From: Terracidiphilus sp.
Lineage (GTDB): Bacteria > Acidobacteriota > Terriglobia > Terriglobales > Acidobacteriaceae
Direction: 5' to 3'
Assembly: GCA_049590315.1 (NCBI GenBank)
Contig: JBAWCO010000594.1
Coordinates: 1 to 47,127, forward strand
Length of the DNA: 47,127 nt
Shown: positions 20,648 through 30,000 of the stretch, one piece after another
Position numbering within the stretch: the first letter of the stretch is position 1
Layout: every line of letters begins with the position of its first letter
Made by a program: the position numbers and the translations under genes
Notes under the pieces: generated by a model
Told to the model about the DNA's origin: nothing
Databases searched by the model: none
The model's input: only the letters and a program-made list of their open reading frames with translations

Positions 20648-22006
20648 GTGCAGGACGGACTTGCAGCACGGCTCTCTGAGGTCGTCGCCGACCCCGCGCG
20701 CGTATTGACGGCGCCGGCGGTGCTTGACCGGCTGTCGCATGACTTCTATTGGTATTCTCCGGTGCTGCGCCCCTTACTGGTGAGCAAAGTTGGCGAAGTG
20801 GCAGTGCAGCCAGTAAGCGTGGAAGAGGTGCTGGCTGTGCTGCGTTTCGCGGGTAAACATGCAGTGCCGGTTACGGTGCGCGGCGCAGGTACAGGCAATT
20901 ACGGTCAGTGTGTTCCGCTGGAAGGCGGCATCGTGCTCGATCTTTCGCGGATGGACAAGCTCGAAGGAATCACTGCGGATGGTGTGGCCGTGTGCCAGCC
21001 GGGGCTGCGGTTAGGCGCGCTGGAAACGGAAGCGCGCAAGCAGGGTTGGGAGTTACGCATGTATCCGTCGACGCTGGCTAAGGCGTCAGTGGGCGGGTTC
21101 CTTGCGGGAGGGTCTGGCGGCATTGGCTCGGTTACGCACGGTGGGCTGCGGGACTTCGACAATGTGCGCGCGATTGAAGTTGTGACGATGGAAGAGGAAC
21201 CACGTGTGGTATTGCACGAAGGCCCGGCAGTACACGAGATCCTGCATGCATGGGGCACCAATGGCGTGCTGACACGCATCTGGTTCCCACTGACGCCCGC
21301 AGTCGAGTGGACACAATGGACGGCTGCATTCGATACCTATCAACAAGCATTCCGATTTACGCAATCGATCGCCGTGGACCTGTCGTGGACCAAGCGGCTG
21401 GCGACGGTCTTCGAATGGCCCATTCCTTCGTTCTTTGTGCCGGTGAAACAGGTGGTGCGCGAAGGCAAAGCGCTGGCGCTGATCATGATTGAGACCGCAC
21501 AGGCCGGGGCTTTAAGCGCTGCCGCGGGGTTGGTCGGCGGAGAAGTTACATTTTGCGGGGCATATCAGGGGCCAAGAACGCAGCCGCTGCTCAGCGACTA
21601 CACCTGGAACCATACAACACTGTGGGCGATGAAGGCGGATGCTGCGTACACGTATTTGCAATGCGGATTTTCGCTAACCGAGTGCGAGGAACAGTTTCGA
21701 CTGCTGCGCGAGCGCTATGGGAACGAAATTCTATTTCACATTGAGTTTATGAAGAACGGCGACGGTGTGGTGATTCCGGGAGCCATTCCCGTGGTGCGTT
21801 TTACGACCGAGGAGCGCTTGAATGAGATGATTGCCTATTGCCGGTCGATTGGTGTGTTTGTCGCCAACCCGCACGTGAACTACCTTGAGGACGGCGGGCG
21901 CTTTCGCAGCGACAATATTCAGTTGATGGCAAAACAGAAATACGATCCGCGCGGGCTGCTGAATCCGGGCAAGATGATCAGCTTCCGCAAGGAGGCGACG
22001 CGATGA
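20648..22006 (+). CDS. FAD-binding oxidoreductase (FAD_binding_4, VAO/GlcD superfamily)
   Basis: VTVRGAGTGNYGQ, LDLSRM, ASVGGFLAGGSGG, HAWGTNGV, C-terminal KQKYDPRGLLNPGK. GTG start with GGAGAGG RBS; alternative TTG 20627 overlaps the upstream stop. Confidence 0.88.
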   Translation: MQDGLAARLSEVVADPARVLTAPAVLDRLSHDFYWYSPVLRPLLVSKVGEVAVQPVSVEEVLAVLRFAGKHAVPVTVRGAGTGNYGQCVPLEGGIVLDLSRMDKLEGITADGVAVCQPGLRLGALETEARKQGWELRMYPSTLAKASVGGFLAGGSGGIGSVTHGGLRDFDNVRAIEVVTMEEEPRVVLHEGPAVHEILHAWGTNGVLTRIWFPLTPAVEWTQWTAAFDTYQQAFRFTQSIAVDLSWTKRLATVFEWPIPSFFVPVKQVVREGKALALIMIETAQAGALSAAAGLVGGEVTFCGAYQGPRTQPLLSDYTWNHTTLWAMKADAAYTYLQCGFSLTECEEQFRLLRERYGNEILFHIEFMKNGDGVVIPGAIPVVRFTTEERLNEMIAYCRSIGVFVANPHVNYLEDGGRFRSDNIQLMAKQKYDPRGLLNPGKMISFRKEATR

Positions 22007-22797
22007 AGACGTGGATTCCTGACTCGCGCAACTTTGCTTATCTCACCTGGAAGCAGGTAGACGCACTGCCGCGTGCAACTACGCTGCTGGTGCTGCCTAC
22101 GGCGGCCATCGAGCAACACGGGCATCATTTGCCACTGGCAACCGACACGCTAATCAATAATCTGCTGCTCGGCAAGGCGCTTGAACAGGTTCCGGCAGAA
22201 CTGCCAATTTATGCGCTGCCACCGGTTTGCTATGGAAAAAGCAATGAGCACATCGGTTTTCCGGGGACACTTTCGCTGAGTTCGCAGACGTTTCTTGCGG
22301 TAGTGCGGGACCTGGGTGCGAGCATCGCGGCAAGCGGGTTCAAAAAGCTCGTTCTCTACAACACGCATGGCGGCAACACTTCGCTGGTGGACGTGTTGGC
22401 GCGTGATTTGCGCGCTGAGTTCGGGCTGCGCACTTTTAGTTTGTTTGGTTCGCCGGGTGCGGCATTTGAGGGTGTCAGCACGCAGGAGCGCATGTATGGC
22501 TTCCATGCGGGCGAAATTGAAACTGCATATCTGTTGCATGGGGTGCCCGAGCTGGTGCATCCAAGGGAGTACACGGCGAACTATATTGCGCGTGTAGATG
22601 AGTCCGAGTTGCTGAAACCCGAAGGCTCAGCCGCGAACTTTGCCTGGCTCACTAAAGACATTGCGCCCAGTGGCGTGATGGGCGATCCAAGCGCAGCCAC
22701 CGCGGAGAATGGGGAACGGTGGTCGCGCGAGGCGGCTGCGCGCATCGCGGAGATTCTGGTAACGATGTACAACTTTGAGCCAAGGCATGGGGCTTGA
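22003..22797 (+). CDS. Creatininase-family metal-dependent amidohydrolase (creatininase/ArfB/MftE family)
   Basis: AIEQHGHHLPLATD, SNEH..FPGTLS, NTHGGN, HAGEIET, SGVMGDP. ATGA overlap with the upstream gene. Confidence 0.9.
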   Translation: MKTWIPDSRNFAYLTWKQVDALPRATTLLVLPTAAIEQHGHHLPLATDTLINNLLLGKALEQVPAELPIYALPPVCYGKSNEHIGFPGTLSLSSQTFLAVVRDLGASIAASGFKKLVLYNTHGGNTSLVDVLARDLRAEFGLRTFSLFGSPGAAFEGVSTQERMYGFHAGEIETAYLLHGVPELVHPREYTANYIARVDESELLKPEGSAANFAWLTKDIAPSGVMGDPSAATAENGERWSREAAARIAEILVTMYNFEPRHGA

Positions 22798-24539
22798 TCA
22801 TGGCTTTAGTTGATTGCGGAAGCGGAGTTCGTCTGGAGCGTGGGGTCGAGTGCCGGCTTTCGGATGGAACGGTACTCAAATCGGATCATTACTTTCCTCC
22901 GGACGATGGACCAGCTGGTGAGGGACCGTGGCCGACGCTGCTGATGCGTCAACCCTACGGACGCGACATTGCGTCGACGGTTGTGTATGCGCATCCCGCG
23001 TGGTTCGCGCAGCATGGTTATCACGTGGTGATCCAGGATGTGCGCGGGCGCGGCGACTCCGGAGGCGAGTTCTATCCATTTCGTCACGAAGGCCGGGACG
23101 GCGCGGAGACCATTGCCTGGCTGCGCGGCCACTCGGCGTCAAACGGACGCATTGGCATGTATGGATTTTCTTATCAGGGCGCGACACAGCTTCTGGCAGC
23201 CGCGGAGCAGCCCGAGGGGTTGCAGTGTATTGCACCGCATATGACAGCGACAGATTTGTATAACGGCTGGTTCTATCATCATGGCGCGCTGCGGCTGAGT
23301 TCGAGCCTTGGATGGGGAATTCAATTGTTGCGCGAGGATGCACGCCGCCTGGGGTTGCGTGAAGCAAGCGACAGGCTGGAATCGGCATGGAACAATATTC
23401 GGTCGCAGGCGACACATCTTCCCTACGCTGAGCATCCTGCAATCGCAGACGCGGCGTTGCCAGGCTACGTGCGCGACTGGTTTGCGCATCGAGAGGCGGA
23501 CGAGTATTGGGCTCAGTTAGACGTCAGCACAAGGCTCGATCGAATCTGTGTTCCCGCGCTACACGTTGCCGGCTGGTTCGACACGTATATCGAGGGATCG
23601 ATTTCGGGGTATCTGGCGCTGCGCGACCAAGCGGGCAGCGAATTTGCCCGCGAGAATCAATATCTGATTGCGGGGCCGTGGGTGCATATTCCATGGGGAG
23701 ATTATGCGGGCGAAGCAAACTTTGGAAAGGCGGCAAATCTCGATACAGATGTCATTCTCGTGAAGTGGTTCGACCACTGGCTCAAGGATACAAACGCTTT
23801 CGCAGACGAGCCGCGGATTCGTCACTTTGCGTTGGGCGCGAATGCATGGCGAAGCGCCGGTATATGGCCGGATGAAGCAGAGCACCCGCTTTATCTGCAC
23901 AGCAAGGGCAATGCCAATTCGCGCAAAGGTGATGGGAGCCTGAGCAAAGAAGCCCCCGGCGAGGATGGGAACCTGGGAGAAGAACCTCGCGATGTTTTTG
24001 TCTATGACCCTGAGGTGCCTGTGGTGGCACCGGGCGGACCGCAGGCCTTAAGCGGATCCTTCGACCAGGCTGGACTTGAGCTAGGCAACAACTTGCTGGT
24101 CTATACGTCGGAACCGGTGGGGAGCGCGACAGAGATCTTCGGACACCCGCGTATCTGGTTCTATGCGACGACTTCCGCTGGGAGCGCGGATTTCACTGCG
24201 AAGATTGTGCGAGTGACTTCAAACGGACGCGCGGAGTTCCTTTCGATGGGGATTGCACGCAGTTCCTCGCTGTTTCGCAATAGCGGCTATGTTGCCGACG
24301 AGATACATGCGTGGGAGTTCACGCTGGAACCGGTTTCGTTCGTTCTTGCTCCAGGAGAACGACTACGGTTGGAGATCGCCAGTTCGGCATTTCCCCTTTA
24401 CGACCGCAACCCCTCTACAGGAGTTCCACCACACCTTGCGGATCATTGGAGTTGGAGGCGTTCCACACAACAGGTTCTGCATTCTTCCATGTATCCGTCG
24501 GTGCTCTACCTGCCGATCAAGGGAGAGGATGGATGGTGA
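22794..24539 (+). CDS. CocE/NonD family serine hydrolase
   Basis: RQPYG oxyanion Tyr, QDVRGRGDSGG, GFSYQG nucleophile, GWFD, GPWVH, YDP..P, LEIASSAFP.YDRN. No signal peptide evident. Alternative ATG at 22800. Confidence 0.9.
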   Translation: MIMALVDCGSGVRLERGVECRLSDGTVLKSDHYFPPDDGPAGEGPWPTLLMRQPYGRDIASTVVYAHPAWFAQHGYHVVIQDVRGRGDSGGEFYPFRHEGRDGAETIAWLRGHSASNGRIGMYGFSYQGATQLLAAAEQPEGLQCIAPHMTATDLYNGWFYHHGALRLSSSLGWGIQLLREDARRLGLREASDRLESAWNNIRSQATHLPYAEHPAIADAALPGYVRDWFAHREADEYWAQLDVSTRLDRICVPALHVAGWFDTYIEGSISGYLALRDQAGSEFARENQYLIAGPWVHIPWGDYAGEANFGKAANLDTDVILVKWFDHWLKDTNAFADEPRIRHFALGANAWRSAGIWPDEAEHPLYLHSKGNANSRKGDGSLSKEAPGEDGNLGEEPRDVFVYDPEVPVVAPGGPQALSGSFDQAGLELGNNLLVYTSEPVGSATEIFGHPRIWFYATTSAGSADFTAKIVRVTSNGRAEFLSMGIARSSSLFRNSGYVADEIHAWEFTLEPVSFVLAPGERLRLEIASSAFPLYDRNPSTGVPPHLADHWSWRRSTQQVLHSSMYPSVLYLPIKGEDGW

Positions 24540-25312
24540 GTGAGGCACGGGCTGCGATACCGGAGATCAAGCTGGAGGGCGTAAGCAAACATTTTCGCAA
24601 TACAACGATTGCGCTGAAGGCCATTTCTCTTACAGTCGAGCGTGGTGAGTTCGTTACCTTTCTAGGACCTTCGGGTTGCGGCAAATCAACACTGCTGAAG
24701 GTGGTTTCAGGGCTGAGTCCAGTGAGTGAAGGCCAGGTGCAGGTGAACGGAATGACGCCAGTAAATGCGCGCGAACTGATGAGCTTCATTTTCCAGGATG
24801 CGACACTACTGCCGTGGCGCACGGTGGAACAGAACGTGGGCCTGGGGATGGAGCTCGAGTACGCGGCGCGGGCGGCGCGCAAAGAGCGCGTGGCGCGAAT
24901 GCTGGAACTGGTTAGCCTGGGGCATGTGGCCACCAGTTACCCACGGCAGCTCTCCGGTGGAATGAAGATGCGCGTGTCAATTGCGCGCGCGCTGGTGAGC
25001 AGGCCGCGCATTCTGCTAATGGACGAACCATTTGCCGCGCTGGACGAGATGTCGCGGGATCGCCTGAACGAGGAGTTGCTGCGTCTTTATCGGGAGCAAC
25101 AGTGGACGGTTCTTTTCGTGACGCACTCGGTGGCCGAGGCGGTGTTTCTTTCAACGCGCATTGTGATTCTTGCAGCGCATCCGGGACGTGTGGCGCACGA
25201 GATCCGAGTGGATTTGCCGTGGCCTCGTACGGCCGAGACGCGCGAGTCAAAGGCCTTTGAGGAACAGGTAACGCAGGCCTCGAGGATGTTGCGAGGGGTG
25301 TACCAGGGATGA
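24533..25312 (+). CDS. ABC transporter ATP-binding protein (NitT/TauT type)
   Basis: GPSGCGKS, FQDATLLPWRTV, LSGGMKMR, LLMDEPFAALD, FVTHSVAEA. Confidence 0.93.
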   Translation: MVSEARAAIPEIKLEGVSKHFRNTTIALKAISLTVERGEFVTFLGPSGCGKSTLLKVVSGLSPVSEGQVQVNGMTPVNARELMSFIFQDATLLPWRTVEQNVGLGMELEYAARAARKERVARMLELVSLGHVATSYPRQLSGGMKMRVSIARALVSRPRILLMDEPFAALDEMSRDRLNEELLRLYREQQWTVLFVTHSVAEAVFLSTRIVILAAHPGRVAHEIRVDLPWPRTAETRESKAFEEQVTQASRMLRGVYQG

Positions 25313-26100
25313 AGAGACAAGGGCTGCTGGTGTTGAACAGCGTGATTGTGCTCTTGTGCATGGTGGGCCTCTGGCAGGCTGTGGTCAGTTTGAATCATTT
25401 GCAGGTTTACATTTTGCCCGGACCGCTAGTGGTGGCGAAGGCACTCCGAGAGCGCTTCCCAAGCCTTTTGAATTCGCTGATGATCACAACTGAAGAGGCC
25501 GCGGGCGGGTTAATCGCAAGCATTGTTGTTGGGGTGGGGGTGGCGATGATATTTGCCCAATGGCGCTGGTTGCGGCAGGTGTTCTACCCGTACACGATCC
25601 TGTTGCAAACGGTGCCGATTGTGGCCCTGGCTCCGCCCATCATCCTGTGGGCGGGAGCGGGGATTCTTTCAGTTACCATCGTGACGTTTATCATTTGCCT
25701 AGCGCCCATTATTGCAAATACCACGCAGGGATTGATCAGCGTTGATGCAAATTTCATTGATCTGTTTCTGATGTATAAGGCGACTCCGGGGCAAGTCTTG
25801 TTCAAGCTTCGGCTACCGAACGCGTTGCCCAATCTGTTCGCCGGCATTCGCATTTCGGCAGGTATCAGTGTCATTGGAGCACTAACGGGCGAGTTGTTCG
25901 CCGGCTCCACGCGGGTGGGTGAAGGCGGGCTAGGCTATGCGATCACCTATGCGAACAATCAGATGGAAACCAGCTATATGTTTGCCCTGGTGCTGGCGGC
26001 TACAGTGCTTGGATTCTCTTTCTTTTTCGTTGTGATGTTTCTAGAATGGCTGACCTTGCATAACTGGCACGAGTCCAGCATGCCGCAGACGGCGGAATAG
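25309..26100 (+). CDS. ABC transporter permease (NitT/TauT type)
   Basis: Hydrophobic helices, ILPGP, LQTVPIVALAP, KLRLPNALP, GLGY. Confidence 0.92.
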   Translation: MKRQGLLVLNSVIVLLCMVGLWQAVVSLNHLQVYILPGPLVVAKALRERFPSLLNSLMITTEEAAGGLIASIVVGVGVAMIFAQWRWLRQVFYPYTILLQTVPIVALAPPIILWAGAGILSVTIVTFIICLAPIIANTTQGLISVDANFIDLFLMYKATPGQVLFKLRLPNALPNLFAGIRISAGISVIGALTGELFAGSTRVGEGGLGYAITYANNQMETSYMFALVLAATVLGFSFFFVVMFLEWLTLHNWHESSMPQTAE

Positions 26101-26111
26101 GGAGACACCGG

Positions 26112-26933
26112 ATGTTACGCATGGAATCGAAGACGGGATGGTGGTTGATTACGCATCCGGACCACGCGCGGCTCGCCGGGGAGTTTGCGGCGGCGTGGGG
26201 AAACGCGCGATTTCGCAAACCGGAACCACGCGCACGCGTGCTGAAGGGGATTGCCTGCCACGACGACGGATGGGCAGCGCGCGACGAACACCCTTCGATC
26301 ACGCGGCAAGGGAAGCCTTCGGCATTTTCGACAGAACTCGTAGGCAAATACTCTGCATTCGAGGAGATCGACCTCGAAGAGTACCTTGCGGTGCGCGACC
26401 GCGCTGTGAGGATCATTGCGGAACAGGATTCTTACGCCGGATTGTTGATCTCGATGCACACATACAATCTGCTGACTGCTCATGCCGACCGCTCGACGAT
26501 TGCGCCGGAGGGGCTGGTGCTGCTGGATGCATTTCTCGATAGGCAGCGCGCGTTTCAGAGTCAACTGCTTGCGGCGATCGCGGCGGACGCTTCGCTTACG
26601 TCGAAGCAGAAAGCCGAACAGACAATCCTGGAGCACTTCAGACTCTTGCAGGCATGCGATAATCTTTCGCTATTGGCGTGCGTGGCATTTGCATCGCCCG
26701 CGCATCTGTTGCACCCGCTGCCACTCAATGGGGGCGGGAGTGTCGAGGTGGAAGTGTTGCCGATTGCGTCACGACATTTTCGCTTGGAACCCTGGCCATT
26801 CGCAAAGCCGGAGATGAGTTTTGGATTTCCTGCGCGACACGTACAGGGCAAGTTCTTTGCGGATTCGGAAAGTCTGGAGACCGCATTTCACGCGGCTACG
26901 TTAGAAATGCTGCAAGTTACGCTTTTCGAATAA
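26112..26933 (+). CDS. DUF3891-like protein
   Basis: ITHPDHARLAGEFAAAW, HDDGW, YAGLLISMH, LQACDNLSL, LEPWPF pattern recalled for DUF3891; GGGAGA RBS. Confidence 0.7.
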   Translation: MLRMESKTGWWLITHPDHARLAGEFAAAWGNARFRKPEPRARVLKGIACHDDGWAARDEHPSITRQGKPSAFSTELVGKYSAFEEIDLEEYLAVRDRAVRIIAEQDSYAGLLISMHTYNLLTAHADRSTIAPEGLVLLDAFLDRQRAFQSQLLAAIAADASLTSKQKAEQTILEHFRLLQACDNLSLLACVAFASPAHLLHPLPLNGGGSVEVEVLPIASRHFRLEPWPFAKPEMSFGFPARHVQGKFFADSESLETAFHAATLEMLQVTLFE

Positions 26934-26952
26934 TCCAATCGAGATTTGTCCA

Positions 26953-26995
26953 ACACAAAAGGGAGACTGCGGATTGCGCGGTCTCCCTTTTGTGT
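26953..26995. terminator. Bidirectional intrinsic terminator
   Basis: Perfect 15-bp inverted repeat ACACAAAAGGGAGAC...GTCTCCCTTTTGTGT with A/T tracts on both sides, between convergent genes. Confidence 0.85.
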
Positions 26996-27010
26996 CTGGA
27001 CGAACTGGTA

Positions 27011-30000
27011 CTAAAAGTCAAAGTGCAGGGACATTTGAATCTGGCGTGGGCTTCCGATGGTGTGCTTGGTGACGCCCAAGCCGCCGGGGGCAGCCGTGTA
27101 CAGGCTGTAAGGGTCCGTGTCGTAAACGGGAGCGTTGTTGAAAGAGTTGTTCTGCGTCACGTCGTCGGATGGAATGTCGAAGCTGGTGGTGTTGGTGACA
27201 TTGTAGATGTCGAAGGTGTAACGCAGGTTGTATTTCTCCCGGAAGGCGATCTGCTTGACGAGCGACGCATCGGCGCGTTTCTGGTAGGCCTGGCGGAAGA
27301 TGTTGCGCTGTCCGGTTGTGAAGGCGGTCTCAAATACATCGCCATTCGGCACGCCCGATGTTCCTGGTGCGACGAGAGGAATGGTAAAGCAGGATGCTTT
27401 GAGAGCGGCGGACGCGGCGGTTCCATCGTAAAAGGCTCCTGACTTTCCAGTGACAGCGCTTTTCGCGGTGCAACCCTTGGCGAGCGGAACGATGGGATTC
27501 GTGATGCCATCGAATGTGCTATAGAAAAGGCTGCCGACTGCGCCAGAAAAGTCGATGATGCTGTAGGGCTGACCGCTCTGGATGATGCCGACGCCGTGGA
27601 GAGCCCAACTATTTACGATCTTACCCATAAGGGTTCCTTCGCCATAGAACTTGGGCAGCGTATATCCATAAGTGAAGTTGAGGACATGCTTGCGGTCGAA
27701 GTCGGCTGAGCCGTAGCCGCTGCGCAGTTTGTTTGGGTCGTTACCGTTATAGAAGAGACCCAGGGCGCTCTGTTCGTCGGTGGCATGGGAGTAGGTGTAA
27801 GACACGCCGGCCTGGAATCCATGGCTCAAGCGCTTTTCAAGATGAGCCTGTAGCGCGTGATAGGCGGAGATACCCGCCGCGGTGTAGGTCTCGGACTCCG
27901 ATGAGTAGCCGACATACGGGACACGCAAATCGACGTTGCCGCCTTCGTAGTTCTGCTGCATCTGGCCGTATTGGCAGTTGGCCCCCGTCGGATCGTTGAC
28001 GCAGATGGGCGAGAAAGTGTTGGGATCGAGGACGGTGTAGCCATAGCTGAAGTATTGGGCGTGCGGGCCGCCGGCAAGGGCAGGGCTGCCTTGGGTTGCG
28101 ATATGCGCCTGGTTGAACGGAAGAGGAATGACCTGGTGACGTCCGAGGTTGCCGACGTAGCCCACCTCCACCATCAGCGTATTGCTCGGCTGCCACTGCA
28201 AATCGAGCGTGAAGTTGATGCTGTAAGGTAGTTTGTTGGCGCGGTTATAGTCACCCAGCGTGAACGGCTGAGCACCGGCGATGATACCGGCGGCGGTGGG
28301 CAGGTAGTTGATGAGCGAAGCCGCACTGGGGTTAGAGGGACCAGGGCCGAGTGTAGTGCCCCAGGGCGTAGCGAGCGAATAGGCGCTGGTGTCTGGCCCG
28401 TAGGGAGTTCCGGCGCCGCAGATCGGGATGAAGAAATCATAGAGGAAACTGGTGTTTCCGTAAGGCGAGGCGCTATAGGGGCAGGTCTGTTGCGTGACGA
28501 ACGGCGGCGTCTGGCTGATGCCGAACGGTCCGCCGGATACCTCGCCGGCAGCATATCCCGGTGAGAAGTAGGTGTAGAGTTCACCGCGGTCGTAGTACAT
28601 GCCAGTGCCGGCGCGAACAACGACCTTGTTGTTCAATTTCTCCGGTTGCCAGGCGAAGCCGAGTCGCGGGGCGATACCCCATTGCCGGCCGGTAAGAGTC
28701 GTGTCGCTGACACCCTTGGTTCCGTTTGCGTTGTTGCCTGCGATGATCAGACCGGAGCTCTCGATGGTGTCGTTGGCGGCGCTGTATTGATACTGCGAAG
28801 GCTCGAAGTTGAAGATACGTCCGTACTTTTCAGTTAGTCCGCCATTCCAGTCGTAGCGCACGCCCAAAGTGATAGTGAGATTGGGCCTAGCCTGAAACTT
28901 GTCGGAGGCGTAGAGCCCCGTCTGGTTGGCGCGATAGTAGCGATTGGCATCCCCTTGCAGAAACGTGGTGGCCACAAATCCGTTGGTGCTGTATGGAGTG
29001 ACCCAATTCTTTGCAAAGGTAGCGAAATCCGGTGATGCAGCCGTACCGGTTCCGGTGCGCAGGTCCCGGATATCGAGTTGAGTGAAAGCGTAGCTGCCAC
29101 CGAAGGTGAGGGAATGACGGCCCACGGTCAAAATAGCATTCCCTGAGGGTTGAAGCCGGTTCTGGAAGACACCGGTGTTTGCGCTCTGCGAGGCCGCACT
29201 GGGTCCAATGTTGAGCGATTGAGCGCCGAGCCCTGCGGGGGTGGACTCACCCAGGCCGTCAACGATGGTGAAGCCGGAGAAGTATTTGCCGAAGGCTGTG
29301 GTCATGCCGGCGAGGGGAGTGCCTGCTTGTCCTGGCGCCCAGAGCTGGTCGTTAGTGCTGTAGGCTTTTTCGCGGATGAATCCGAGGGTTTCGGTAACAC
29401 TCAGGTTCGGACGTAGAGTCTGCACGTTGTTGATGGAGAGGACTTGAGAGCCGGTGTCCATGTGCTCAGTGAATCCAGGGACGCTGGAGAGCGCATAGGG
29501 CGTGCTGTCGGGATCGTGCTGGTAGTAGTACTTGATCGCGAGCAAATCCTTCGCGGTCGCATTCCAGTCGACGCTGCTGACCAGTTGATCGGAGATGAAG
29601 TAGGACGTGCCCTTCTCGAATGAGTTAAAAGGCGAATAGAAGTCGGGGGTGTGGCCGTTGTCGTTGGGGACGAGCCATTGGCCATTCGGAAGCTTGGCCT
29701 GAAAGAGGGCAAGGCCTAGTGGATTGCTACTCCAGTCGTTGGACGTTACTGCGAGGCCATTTTCCGCGAGACTACCTCCCCAGTTGGCATTGACCAGTGA
29801 GGCAAGGCCGCCAGGCGTGCGGTTGGTGTCGCTGAGCCCTGGTGGAACTGGAGCCTCGGTGTCGCCGGTCTCCTCATCGGAGACGTGCAAATGCTGATAC
29901 CCTAAAAAGCCAAAGAGCTTATCCTTGATGATGGGGCCGGATGCACTGCCACCAAGAATGTAGCGATGCAGTGCGGGATTCTTGTCTGCGGCTGGAATCC

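Noticed and set aside
22003..22797. Creatininase-like gene as mycofactocin MftE or true creatinine catabolism
   Set aside because: No radical SAM or precursor peptide genes and no creatinase or sarcosine oxidase in the window; family-level call only.
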